NCBI GenBank assembly: GCA_963761335.1
Contig: CAVXGR010000005.1
Location: 192,001-256,000 of the forward strand
Reading direction: 5' to 3'
Length of the DNA: 64,000 nucleotides
Source of the DNA: an uncultured delta proteobacterium
Lineage (GTDB): Bacteria > Desulfobacterota > Binatia > HRBIN30 > BPIQ01
Shown: positions 20,489-29,326 of the stretch, piece after piece
Layout: each line of letters opens with the position of its first letter
Position numbering within the stretch: the stretch's first letter is position 1
Position numbers and translations under genes: made by a program
The notes under the pieces: model-generated
What the model was told of the DNA's origin: nothing
The model's database searches: none
Seen by the model: the letters and a program-made list of their open reading frames with translations, nothing else

Positions 20489-21754
20489 TTACGCTCCTGC
20501 CGTTGCGGGAGGAAGCATGGCGACGGCTTCCGCTTCACAGAGAAGCTCGGGCCGGCACAGCGCGGTCTGGACGAGCGCGCACGGAAAGCCGTCGAAGCCG
20601 CGCTCGCGGCACATCGAGCGCAGCACCGGCGCGTCGCTGGAGTTCCTCACATAAATGAGCCCGGAGACCAGGTTCTCGAAGATGGCGCCCTGCTGGGCGA
20701 GCAGCGAGGCGATGTTGTGCAGCATGCGATCGACCTGAGCCTCGAAGTTACCCACGTGAACGGTTCGTCCGGCTTCGTCGATGCTCGCGGTTCCGGAGAC
20801 GTAGAGCGTCACCTTGTTGGCCTCGGCCAGCCTCAGGCCGCGCGAGAAATCCACGCCGTAGCTCCACGCCTCGTTGAGAGACGGCGTCGACATCAGGGTG
20901 ACGTCGAGCGGCCGGCGCGACTTCACCGCGTGGAGACTCATGGAGAAATCGTGCGCCTCGGGAAACGGTATGCCTTGGACGCCGGTGCTGGCGGGCCTGG
21001 GCTCGATGCCGCGCTGCCGGAAGAACTGGCGTCGGGCTCTGTTGAGAGCGTCGTAGTCGCGGTCGATGTCGCGCAGGTGGATCCAGGTGCGAACCACGTT
21101 GCGGAACCCCATGTCGCACTGCTCGAGCAGGCGTTCCGCCGCGCAGAACATCTCCCAGGCCCGTTCGAACGCATCGCCGCCGCCAGCGCCGTAGACGTTG
21201 GTCGTGTGGAGCGATACCTGGTCGCCGAGGCGAACGAGTCGCGCCCCGGATCGCCCGCATCCCTCACAGGCGCACGACGGCGACACCCGCAAGTCGCGCA
21301 CCCACCAGGCGTCGCGATGGCGGGGGACCACGGCCCACGCTGAGAGCTCGAAGCTTGCGCCCGGGCCGACGGGCGCCTGCTGGATGAACGCGGGTGGCGG
21401 CGCGCCGGCGCCTTGGCCGAGGCTCGCGAGGATCCGCGCCCGGACGTCGAGTACCCGCGGAAGATCGCGCCGGACGTCGCGCAGGAAGAGCGTCTCGCGG
21501 GTGACGTCTCGAAACGACGACTGGTGGGCGGCGAGAGTCTCCGCCAACGCCCGGTAGGCCGCGTCGGCCTGGTGCACCGTATCCGGCGATTGGCCCTCCG
21601 AGCGGCAGAGGATGGCGAGCTCGTCCGCCTGCGGGCCGGCGAATCGCCGGATAGTCGCCGGGCAGGCGTCCGGGTACGCCACGTCACCTCCGGGGCGACG
21701 TGGCGATTGCGCTCCGAGCGCCTCCCCGACCGCCGGCGCCGGCTCTAGCTGCAT
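20489..21754 (-). CDS. Tandem Rid/YjgF-fold protein, FkbO/Hyg5 (chorismatase)-like
   Basis: VVRTWIHL, RPASTGV, YG..FSRG, YVSGTASID, CRPELLCEAEA; ATG at 21754 overlaps the end of the upstream gene. Confidence 0.7.
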   Translation of the reverse strand: MQLEPAPAVGEALGAQSPRRPGGDVAYPDACPATIRRFAGPQADELAILCRSEGQSPDTVHQADAAYRALAETLAAHQSSFRDVTRETLFLRDVRRDLPRVLDVRARILASLGQGAGAPPPAFIQQAPVGPGASFELSAWAVVPRHRDAWWVRDLRVSPSCACEGCGRSGARLVRLGDQVSLHTTNVYGAGGGDAFERAWEMFCAAERLLEQCDMGFRNVVRTWIHLRDIDRDYDALNRARRQFFRQRGIEPRPASTGVQGIPFPEAHDFSMSLHAVKSRRPLDVTLMSTPSLNEAWSYGVDFSRGLRLAEANKVTLYVSGTASIDEAGRTVHVGNFEAQVDRMLHNIASLLAQQGAIFENLVSGLIYVRNSSDAPVLRSMCRERGFDGFPCALVQTALCRPELLCEAEAVAMLPPATAGA

Positions 21755-22902
21755 GCGGGGAGCGGGTCGGGGATCGTCAGGGGAAGCAGGGGCGGAGTGT
21801 TGTCGATCGTGTTGTCGCTGAAGCAATTTGTGGTTCCCTGGCCTGAAGTGATCATCAACAGGTCCGCTGCGAAGGGCTGGAACGGTCCCTCAGGAGGGGC
21901 GCCGTGGTTGTTGGCCAGGGCGTTCCCGACCACCTGGTTGTTCTCCGGTGCGGTATCGGCGACCTCCGGCGGATTCGCTCCGCAGTCGAAGTCGGTTCCC
22001 GCCACGGCGAGGCAGTAATCGACGACGCCGACTCCGAAGAAGTCGTTGTTCTCGATGCGGTTGTTCTGCAGGTCGACGTGGTCGACGCCGAGCAGCAAGA
22101 TGCCGCCGCCGTACGGCAGCTGCGAAGTCTCCGATCCCTCGGACGCCGTGTTGGGCGCATTGTTGTCGTGCACGTAGTTGTCGATGATGTGCCAGTAGCC
22201 GTTCTTGTCGAGCGGCTGGAGCGGCGGCAGCCCCGCCGTCGCGGGGTGGTAGAGGCCGATTCCGATGGTGTTGTCGTGGATTTCGTTCGTCTGCACGGTG
22301 ATCTCGTTGGAGACCGTGATCTCGAGGCCCGTCGGGCTGTCGTGGAGGTTGTTGTCGACCACGCGGACGTTCTCGGAGGCTTCGACCCACATGGCGCTGT
22401 CCTGCGAGCCATAGGCGACGTTGTTCTTCACCAGGCCGTTCGCGGAGAGGGTCGGCCAGATTCCGTTTTCCAGGTTGTCGATCGACTCGTTGTTCTCGAT
22501 CGTGAAGTTCTTCACGTGGCGGAGCCAGATGCCCATGTTGGAGAAGCCCTGCACGGTGAAGCCGGTGATGGTGAGGCCGTCGATGTCCGGGTCGCCTTCG
22601 TTGGCGGGCTCGACGAGGATGCCGTGGTTCTGCCCCGGGCCCGGGAGGATGCGGACCTTGGCATCCGGCTGGCTGGCGGCGATCAGGTTGAGAGACTTGG
22701 TGACGTGCACTGCGGCCGTACCCGAGTGCGTCTCGGTGTAGATGCCCGGCATCACGGTGATCGTGTCGCCCGGTGCCGCGGCGTCGACGGCATCCTGAAT
22801 CGACTCTCCCGGGTGGACGACCGAGCCGACCGTGTCGTTGGAGTCACCACAGCCAACGGCCAGAAGCAGAACCGCACACATCGTCAGTCGAGCGAATTTC
22901 AT
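21745..22902 (-). CDS. Right-handed parallel beta-helix lipoprotein
   Basis: LLLAVGC lipobox; SIQDAVDAAAPGDTI..PG.Y; Asn-rich beta-helix repeats. Confidence 0.85.
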   Translation of the reverse strand: MKFARLTMCAVLLLAVGCGDSNDTVGSVVHPGESIQDAVDAAAPGDTITVMPGIYTETHSGTAAVHVTKSLNLIAASQPDAKVRILPGPGQNHGILVEPANEGDPDIDGLTITGFTVQGFSNMGIWLRHVKNFTIENNESIDNLENGIWPTLSANGLVKNNVAYGSQDSAMWVEASENVRVVDNNLHDSPTGLEITVSNEITVQTNEIHDNTIGIGLYHPATAGLPPLQPLDKNGYWHIIDNYVHDNNAPNTASEGSETSQLPYGGGILLLGVDHVDLQNNRIENNDFFGVGVVDYCLAVAGTDFDCGANPPEVADTAPENNQVVGNALANNHGAPPEGPFQPFAADLLMITSGQGTTNCFSDNTIDNTPPLLPLTIPDPLPACS

Positions 22903-22967
22903 GAATCGTCCTCCCCCTCGCGCATCGAAGCCGCCTTGCTGGAAGGCGTAGCCTATACGGTGCGAGC

Positions 22968-23302
22968 AGGTCAAGGCGCATCATCATCTCTCCTTTTGAA
23001 GGCCGGCAGCAGATCGACCACCGCGTCCGGCTCGGTCTCTCCGAGCGCGGCGTGGTGCGCTGCGCCCAGGGCGGCTGTGGGCGCGGAGCTTTCGACGGGC
23101 CTCAGCCGGGCGCCCACTCAGGGTGCCAGAGGCTGTCTCAATACCCGGGCAAAACGATTCCGCCGGCCCGCAGGCCAAGGTAGAAGCGGCGTCTCGCCGC
23201 TTCGGAAAGCGCCGGGACGGCGCTTCTACTCCAAGGGAGTGAGCGGGGTCTCTGCAACCGTGGTGTGTACCTCGCGCTGACGTGAAGGCGATTGCCCGCG
23301 GC
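22968..23302. repeat. Left imperfect direct repeat flanking the peptide-modification cassette
   Basis: Colinear with 28595-28983: aggtcaaggcgcatcatcat, agatcgaccaccgcgtccgg, family A element, gtgagcggggtctctgcaaccgtggtg...gacgtgaagg. Confidence 0.88.
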
Positions 23303-23476
23303 CGCCGCCGCGGCAGTTCAAAGGGCGCTGAGGTGAGGCCCGGAGCCAGGTGGCACAGGCACTCGCCGCAATACCCCGAGACTGCACGTGCCAGATCGCC
23401 AAACGGGCGCGATCGCTCGCTGGCATGGGGTGACACGCGGGACAGCCAATCCGGTGCCCCGACTCGCCCGTACGCC

Positions 23477-25120
23477 TCAGGGACGAAGGTCGATTGCCGT
23501 TCTGCCAGGCACCTGGGATTCGCCGCTCCTCGTCGCACCGGTCGAATCGCTACGCCCAGGCCACTGACCGCTCCAGAACCATACGTTGACGGAGAAACGG
23601 CTGTCGGCGAAGGCGTCGGTCGCGCGATGTACGGGCCGCACCTCATGCAGGAGGTCGCTCGCGAAGAACACGGCGGTGTTGTCGGCTGGCCGAACCGAAA
23701 GGCGAGCGCCCGCGCTCACCAAGCCGCCATCGAGCGCTGCCGTATCGTGGAGTATGAGCTCGCCGCCCGAGAATCGGCGCGGCGAGGCGTGCATGTAGTA
23801 GATGCAGGTGAGCGCTCGACCAGCTACCGATGGGCGGCCGTTGTCTGTGTGGGCGGCGAAGAACCCATCCTCCTCATGCACGACCAGCTGCACCTCCGCC
23901 TTTGCGAGCGGGAACCACGCGAGCCCCATCTCCCGTCGCACGTGGGGCAGAAGCCGGCGCAGGCGATGCTCCAGCGGCCTCAGCACCTCGGATACATCGA
24001 AGACGGTGCCCGACCTCCGGACGACGGGATCGAGATTGGCCGTGTCGTTGTCTCCCATCACGGCGCTGGCCTCGAATTCTGCCTCTTGCGTTTGCGCGTA
24101 GGCCAGGAGTTGGGCGTGCTCGCCGGGCTCGAGAACATCCTCGATCACCATACATTTCGCGCGAGTCACATCGGTTGGAGGGAACCCGCTCTTTGCCCGC
24201 AACAATGACGCCCGCCCCAACAGTCGTGTTGCTCGAAGGTCTCGTTCCTCCGCCAACGATGGAGTGTCGAGCAGGCCGTCGACGAGATCGAGAAGGTGCG
24301 GCGCCACGATTTCGGCATCCGGTCGCATTCCTTCAAGGGTGACGACGCCTTTGCCCAGCCGTGCCGCAATGCGCAGGGTGCGCTCCGGCTCGCTCTTGGC
24401 CAAGATCGTATTGTCGATAATCGGCAACACAGCGCGCACGCCGGTGATCTTCGCCGGATTCCAGCAGGCACCCTTTTGAAAAGGGGCGGAGACGACCAGC
24501 GAAATCGGCAGCGGTGTTTGCCCCGGCGGCGATTCCATCCTCAAGAGGTGCCTAACCCCATCCGCTGCGGCACGTAGCATCGGGGACCTCGCGTACGGAT
24601 GAACCAGTCCATCGTCGTCGAGGACGGCGAACTCGTCCGAGTAATAGGTAGCGCCACGTCGCACGAGCTCGGCGACCAGTGTAGACTTTCCCGTCATGCT
24701 TCGGCCGGCAACGAGGATTGCGCGTCCCCGCCAGCCCACCACCCCCGCATGGACGAACAGCCCTTCCCGTGATCGCCGGGCGATCACGCCGTCGACGTTA
24801 CCGCAGACCCATTGCGTGACTTCGGAGGGCAACGCTGAGCGGAACAGAGAGTCGCCATCACGGAGCACCTCGTATTCCGGTAGCGTCAGCGTCGCCGTAT
24901 CGGAGCACCGAATGACGTAGCAAACCGTTTCCACGCCGGACTTCTCTTGAGGAAGACTCGGGGGCAGATAGTTCGACAGCTCTACGCAGAACCCCGCGTC
25001 GGCGTCATCGACGATCCGGACACAGACCCCATTCCTCGCAAGCACGAGCTCGCGGCCACTGTCCTCCGCGCTGCCAGCGAAGAGCGCCGGGGCGCCGGCA
25101 GCGCTTTCGGCGCGCTCCAC
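23477..25120 (-). CDS. HPr-kinase-like P-loop kinase fused to prolyl-hydroxylase-like 2OG-Fe(II) oxygenase
   Basis: FVHAGVV..GRSMTGKST..YYSDEFA (HprK-like); HTD..LTCIYY..FSGGEL..LHEV..SRFSVNVW (HxD..H..R); GTG start 3 nt after the stop of the PqqD-fusion gene. Confidence 0.88.
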   Translation of the reverse strand: MERAESAAGAPALFAGSAEDSGRELVLARNGVCVRIVDDADAGFCVELSNYLPPSLPQEKSGVETVCYVIRCSDTATLTLPEYEVLRDGDSLFRSALPSEVTQWVCGNVDGVIARRSREGLFVHAGVVGWRGRAILVAGRSMTGKSTLVAELVRRGATYYSDEFAVLDDDGLVHPYARSPMLRAAADGVRHLLRMESPPGQTPLPISLVVSAPFQKGACWNPAKITGVRAVLPIIDNTILAKSEPERTLRIAARLGKGVVTLEGMRPDAEIVAPHLLDLVDGLLDTPSLAEERDLRATRLLGRASLLRAKSGFPPTDVTRAKCMVIEDVLEPGEHAQLLAYAQTQEAEFEASAVMGDNDTANLDPVVRRSGTVFDVSEVLRPLEHRLRRLLPHVRREMGLAWFPLAKAEVQLVVHEEDGFFAAHTDNGRPSVAGRALTCIYYMHASPRRFSGGELILHDTAALDGGLVSAGARLSVRPADNTAVFFASDLLHEVRPVHRATDAFADSRFSVNVWFWSGQWPGRSDSTGATRSGESQVPGRTAIDLRP

Positions 25121-25123
25121 GGC

Positions 25124-25567
25124 TTACGTAGTGGGGGGCGGGGATGGCGGCTTGGTTGCCGGCGACATCGTCGTCGGCGGGGGCGGCAGCGGCTCTCCCG
25201 CTGAGGCAGCAGGCATGAGGATGGTCTCGACGACGGGAAGCAGGGCGACGGCAGCGACGGGCAATGCCAGGCGGCGGATGATCGACCGGCGCGTGATGCC
25301 CGGCCGTGCCACGTCCTCGACTACGACCAACCCTGCGTCGACGAGCTCTGTAAGAGCCAGATCGATGATGCTTTCGTCGACGGGGAGACTCGTTCGGCGC
25401 GCAACCTCATCCGCCATCTGATTTCTGGTCATGACGCCGTCGCACAGGTCGAAAATGATAGCGGCAGCCTCATTGAGAGCGTGAGCCTCATTAGCCTCCT
25501 TCCGAAGCACCAGAAGCTCGTCGTCTGTCCGTTCAATCACGAGACCATCGACCCGTCGGGCAATCAT
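25124..25567 (-). CDS. PqqD/RRE domain fused to leader and Pro/Thr/Ser-rich core (putative RiPP precursor)
   Basis: ELLVL..EAHALNEAAAIIFDLCDG..LALTELVDAGLV (PqqD fold), then ITRRSIIRRLALPVAAVALLPVVETILMPAASA and GEPLPPPPTTMSPATKPPSPPPTT; strong GAAGGAAGGGAG RBS. Confidence 0.85.
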   Translation of the reverse strand: MIARRVDGLVIERTDDELLVLRKEANEAHALNEAAAIIFDLCDGVMTRNQMADEVARRTSLPVDESIIDLALTELVDAGLVVVEDVARPGITRRSIIRRLALPVAAVALLPVVETILMPAASAGEPLPPPPTTMSPATKPPSPPPTT

Positions 25568-25669
25568 ACTCCCTTCCTTCACCTCAGCGTCCGCAGGTGG
25601 ATGCATTACGGACAACGCTTTGTACCCAAACAGTCGTCAGTCTCTTTGTCTGCGACCGTTACCGGAGCC

Positions 25670-25698
25670 GTCTTACGAACCGCACAATCCAATGTCAA
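25670..25698 (-). promoter_or_regulatory. Candidate sigma70 promoter upstream of the precursor gene
   Basis: TTGACA-17 nt-TAAGAC on minus strand; perfect -35, weak -10. Confidence 0.45.
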
Positions 25699-28532
25699 GG
25701 AGAGCGATTCGTTTCCAGCGGCCGCCGAGCGTCTGGCATCTCGAGAACGAACGTCCCGTTGCGCGCGCGCTCGGTCGCGGTCAGCGTAGAGAAGTCCAAC
25801 CCGGCCCAGTTCTCGAACTCCGTCAGGCTCCTGGCGCTCCCTAGACCGAAACGATCAAGTGCCACAGTTGCCTCGAGCGCTGTCGACTTCCGGAAGCCAA
25901 CCAGATGATGGAGACGCTCCCGCCCGCGGCCCTCCAAAGAGACCCAGTCGGGATGATCGTCCCAATGCAGCGGGCGCAGATTGCCGCGATCGTCGAGGTG
26001 CTTGTAGTAGTGATATACGACGATGCGGCTCGGATGGTAAACGTCCCATCCGTGAGTAAACAACCGCACCGCGAGGGAGATCTCCTCCTGATTGAAGTAC
26101 ATGTGCGGGTCGTACGGGACTTCCTCGATGACCCTCCCCCGCGCAAACACGTACGCCGCTGCCACGAAGGCCCCCCGCAACGGCGAGCTCGGCACCGCGT
26201 CGAGCATGCGCCCATATCCGCGCACGTCGCCCTCGGTGTCGAACGGGTGGAGGCACTGCACGGCGGGCCGCGCGTCTTCCTCCAGCCAGTCCGGCGGGGT
26301 GTAGCGTGGAGGCCCGACGCTGAGCAGCGGCTTCGAGCTCGCGCACCGCTTCAGCTCATCGATCAGCACCTCGTCCCAGTGCGGGATGAAGCGCATGTGA
26401 CTGTCGATCATGAGCACGTAGTCTTCTCCGCGATACAGCCCCTGGGCCTGGGTACGTGCCCAGCACACTCCTCTGCTGTCGCCAGCGCGGAAGCCGACCG
26501 CACGCACCTGGGCCGGACGCGGATTGGGCTCGACGAAACAGTGCTGGTCGGCCTTGGGATCAAACTGCCAACAAATGCCGACGAAGATGCGGTCCGGATG
26601 TTTCGCCTTGGCGAACAGATCCTTCATCGTCCACTGACATTCCGGATCGCGGTAGCTGGCGATCTGCACAAAAATCGACGGCTCGGTCGCCACGAGCGGC
26701 GGATCCGGGCGGCTCAGCGCGGCGTCGGGCGAAAGGCGCGAAACTGGAGAGCGGGCGCGCGGCGCCAGCGTCTCATAGAGCGTGCGCGTCTCCTCATCAA
26801 ATCGAGGCTCCAGCTTGCCTACACGCTCGAGCGGAAGTCGCCCCAGGTCTTGCCAAAGCGCCGCGAACCCGTCCTCTCCGCGCTCACTGGCATGGGGGTG
26901 GGCCCCGGGGTCCCAACGATATACGTAGGTCGGCCCTGCGTTCGCGTAGGTGACAACCTCGCCATGTCGCCGCAGGGCTTGGCCGAGCAGTGTGTCACCT
27001 TCAAGGCGTCCGATGTCAGCAGGGTACCCCCCGCAAGCTTGGTAAAGCGAGCGGGTGTAGGCCCAGCTTCCGTGGTGTCCGATCGTCTGTGTCTCTTCCT
27101 TTACCTGTCCGTGCGGCAGCCACGAATTGCAGTAGATGCGCCCAGGCATCAATATCTGCATCGGAGCTGAGGAAGGATCCGGTTCGCGCGAGCGCTGTCT
27201 CTCGAACGCGGCCGCAATGGCCGACAGATGGTGCGGGAGATAGACATCGTCGTCCTCCCAAACGACGATGATCTCTCCCTGAGTCATGCCTACCAATGCA
27301 TCGAACTTTTGCCACAGCGATGGAAACCGCTCCGAGCGTGAGGCCAGAAACCACCCGGGACCGTGCTGCGTGTCGAATTGGCCCGCATCATCGAGAATGA
27401 TCAGCTCACGGCGTTCGAGCGGATAGTCCTGCGCCTCCCAACACGCCACCGCGTTGGCCAGCAGCGCGGGGCGTTTATACGTTGGGCAGATCGCCGACAG
27501 CAATGGCGCTCGTTCAGCGTGGCCGGCCCAAGGGAGCTGACCGGTGCGGATCCTTGCCACATTGGTCAACGGCCGAGGGCGCAACTCGGACAGCGCGGCG
27601 GCCGGTATCACAGCGTCCCACTTCTCCGCCAGCGCGACGACGACTCGGCCCAGCGGTACGCGAAGATGGTAACGCTGTGCACGCGAGAGGAGCTCGTCCC
27701 AGTCGAGCGCGTCAGCCTCGCGCGACAGGAGCGCCGCGATCTCGTAGTACCAGATGAGCCCGCGGCCGCCGCGGCGAGTTGCGAGGTGGTTGGCCAGGTG
27801 CAGGACTTGCGCTTCCATTCCGAGTACGAGGGCTCTCTCGCCTGCGACCTGCACACGCTCGGCGGTATCCCAAAACCAGTCGGGATCGTTGCGGTCTCCA
27901 TCGTGGTGCGCGTCGAGCAGCTTCCCATGCAGCGCAATGCAGGTCGGTGCGCCGCCGGGTTTGACAAAGAGCTGCTGGCGATCGTTCTCCATCGGCCCAA
28001 GCTGAAGACCAGCGACCCCCGCCGCCTGGTAGCCGAGGTGTTCCAAGATCCCATAGGCCACGGTTAGGTCTTGCGAGCGAACGCAGATGTCGAGATTGCG
28101 CATTGGGCGCAGCGAGATGTCACCGTAGACCCGCTCAGCCAGCGCCGCACCCTTGAGTACAAGGCACGGCACGTGCTCGTCGGCGAAAACGCGCAGGCAT
28201 ATCGCCAGCTCCTGCAGCAGCTGACGGTTGCGTAGCCTGCTCTGACGGTAGGCAAGTCGAAAGCGGGCTTCGACGTCGCGGGTGGCAAGGCGCCGGCCGC
28301 GGGTGATGAGATGCATGAGCGGTCCCAAACGCTCGGCCTCGATGAGCACCTGCGCCGCAGCCCAGCCACCGGCCAGCGATTTCGCTTCCACGGGCAAACG
28401 CTCAAAGGGCAGGTGCCCCATGTGGACGCGAAGACTGGTACGCAGGAACGCCTCAGGATCGATCATGAACTCATGGTCCACGCTCGGCATACACCGCTTT
28501 GCGTTCGGAGGCACGAGTCGGGTGCGGCGCAA
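25695..28532 (-). CDS. Triple fusion: nucleotidyltransferase (NTP_transf_5-like) + GT2 + GT60 GlcNAc-transferase
   Basis: LVLKGAALAERVYGDISLRPMRNLDI; LSAICPTYKRP..ILDD..WEDDDVYLPHHL; IFVQIASYRDPECQWT..GVCWAR..IDSHMRF..PYDP..EEI..RLFTHGW. True start may be 28490 or 28466. Confidence 0.88.
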   Translation of the reverse strand: MRRTRLVPPNAKRCMPSVDHEFMIDPEAFLRTSLRVHMGHLPFERLPVEAKSLAGGWAAAQVLIEAERLGPLMHLITRGRRLATRDVEARFRLAYRQSRLRNRQLLQELAICLRVFADEHVPCLVLKGAALAERVYGDISLRPMRNLDICVRSQDLTVAYGILEHLGYQAAGVAGLQLGPMENDRQQLFVKPGGAPTCIALHGKLLDAHHDGDRNDPDWFWDTAERVQVAGERALVLGMEAQVLHLANHLATRRGGRGLIWYYEIAALLSREADALDWDELLSRAQRYHLRVPLGRVVVALAEKWDAVIPAAALSELRPRPLTNVARIRTGQLPWAGHAERAPLLSAICPTYKRPALLANAVACWEAQDYPLERRELIILDDAGQFDTQHGPGWFLASRSERFPSLWQKFDALVGMTQGEIIVVWEDDDVYLPHHLSAIAAAFERQRSREPDPSSAPMQILMPGRIYCNSWLPHGQVKEETQTIGHHGSWAYTRSLYQACGGYPADIGRLEGDTLLGQALRRHGEVVTYANAGPTYVYRWDPGAHPHASERGEDGFAALWQDLGRLPLERVGKLEPRFDEETRTLYETLAPRARSPVSRLSPDAALSRPDPPLVATEPSIFVQIASYRDPECQWTMKDLFAKAKHPDRIFVGICWQFDPKADQHCFVEPNPRPAQVRAVGFRAGDSRGVCWARTQAQGLYRGEDYVLMIDSHMRFIPHWDEVLIDELKRCASSKPLLSVGPPRYTPPDWLEEDARPAVQCLHPFDTEGDVRGYGRMLDAVPSSPLRGAFVAAAYVFARGRVIEEVPYDPHMYFNQEEISLAVRLFTHGWDVYHPSRIVVYHYYKHLDDRGNLRPLHWDDHPDWVSLEGRGRERLHHLVGFRKSTALEATVALDRFGLGSARSLTEFENWAGLDFSTLTATERARNGTFVLEMPDARRPLETNRSP

Positions 28533-28594
28533 CGAAGAAAAATGGGCTCAGTCCGAGTACACAGGCTCAGCTGTTCATGCAGGCGACACAGGCG

Positions 28595-28983
28595 AGGTCA
28601 AGGCGCATCATCATATCTCCGGCCCGCAGCAGATCGATCACCGCGTCCGGTTCGGTCTCTCCGAGCGCTGGCGTCGTGCGCTGGGCCCGGGGCGGTTGTG
28701 GGCGCGGAAGGGGGCCCATCTCTCTGAAGCCGTGTCTGGAGTTTGGACGGTTGGCTCGTGGCGATGACCGCCCCGCGAGGGGGCGCAGGCGTGCCGCCCC
28801 GGGTGCCAGAGGCTTGTCTCAAAACCCGGGTAGAACGATTCCGCCGGCCCGCGGGCCAAGGTAGAAGCGGCGTCTCGCCGCTTCGGAAAGCGCCGGGACG
28901 GCGCTTCTACTCCAAAGAAAGTGAGCGGGGTCTCTGCAACCGTGGTGCGTACCTCGCTCTGACGTGAAGGTGATTGCCGCGGC
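28595..28983. repeat. Right imperfect direct repeat flanking the cassette
   Basis: Colinear with 22968-23302; includes a family A element at 28861-28910. Confidence 0.88.
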
Positions 28984-29004
28984 TTGCCATCGGCTGCGAT
29001 CCAG

Positions 29005-29326
29005 TCACCCCTCCTTGAAGGCCCGCACCAGGTCGACCACCGCGTCGGGCTCGGTCTCGTTGTAGATCGGGGGAGCGACCGGCGTCGGCGGCCCCCTGGG
29101 CGAGCGCGGGCAGGGCGCGCTCGCGCACGTAGTTGGGGGAATTCAACGGATGAACGATCCAGCGATCCGCGACCTCCCCGACCACGCGAATCATCGCGGG
29201 GCCGAAGCCGGCGAGGGCGATTCTGGGCCAGCCGTGTGGGTTCGGCCCGGGGCTGAAGAACGGCGTCATGAGCGTGTGCGTGTAGAACTCGCCGCGGTGC
29301 GCCAGGCGCTCGCCCGTCTCCCAGGA
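29005..29326 (-). pseudogene. Fragmented LLM-class (F420-dependent-like) oxidoreductase
   Basis: HRGEFYTHTLMTPFFSPGP..GPAMIRVVGEVAD..HPLNS, then after a further deletion IYNETEPDAVVDLVRAFKEG*; N-terminus missing. Confidence 0.75.

Noticed and set aside
22984..23646. ORFs sharing VEAPSRRFPKRRDAAST or SGVSPLRKAPGRRFY peptides
   Set aside because: These are translations of the family A repeat, not a protein family.
23477..28532. Lasso peptide or PQQ biosynthesis cluster
   Set aside because: No asparagine-synthetase-like cyclase, B2 peptidase or PqqB/C/E in the window; the core has no Asp/Glu at ring positions 7-9 and no ExxxY.
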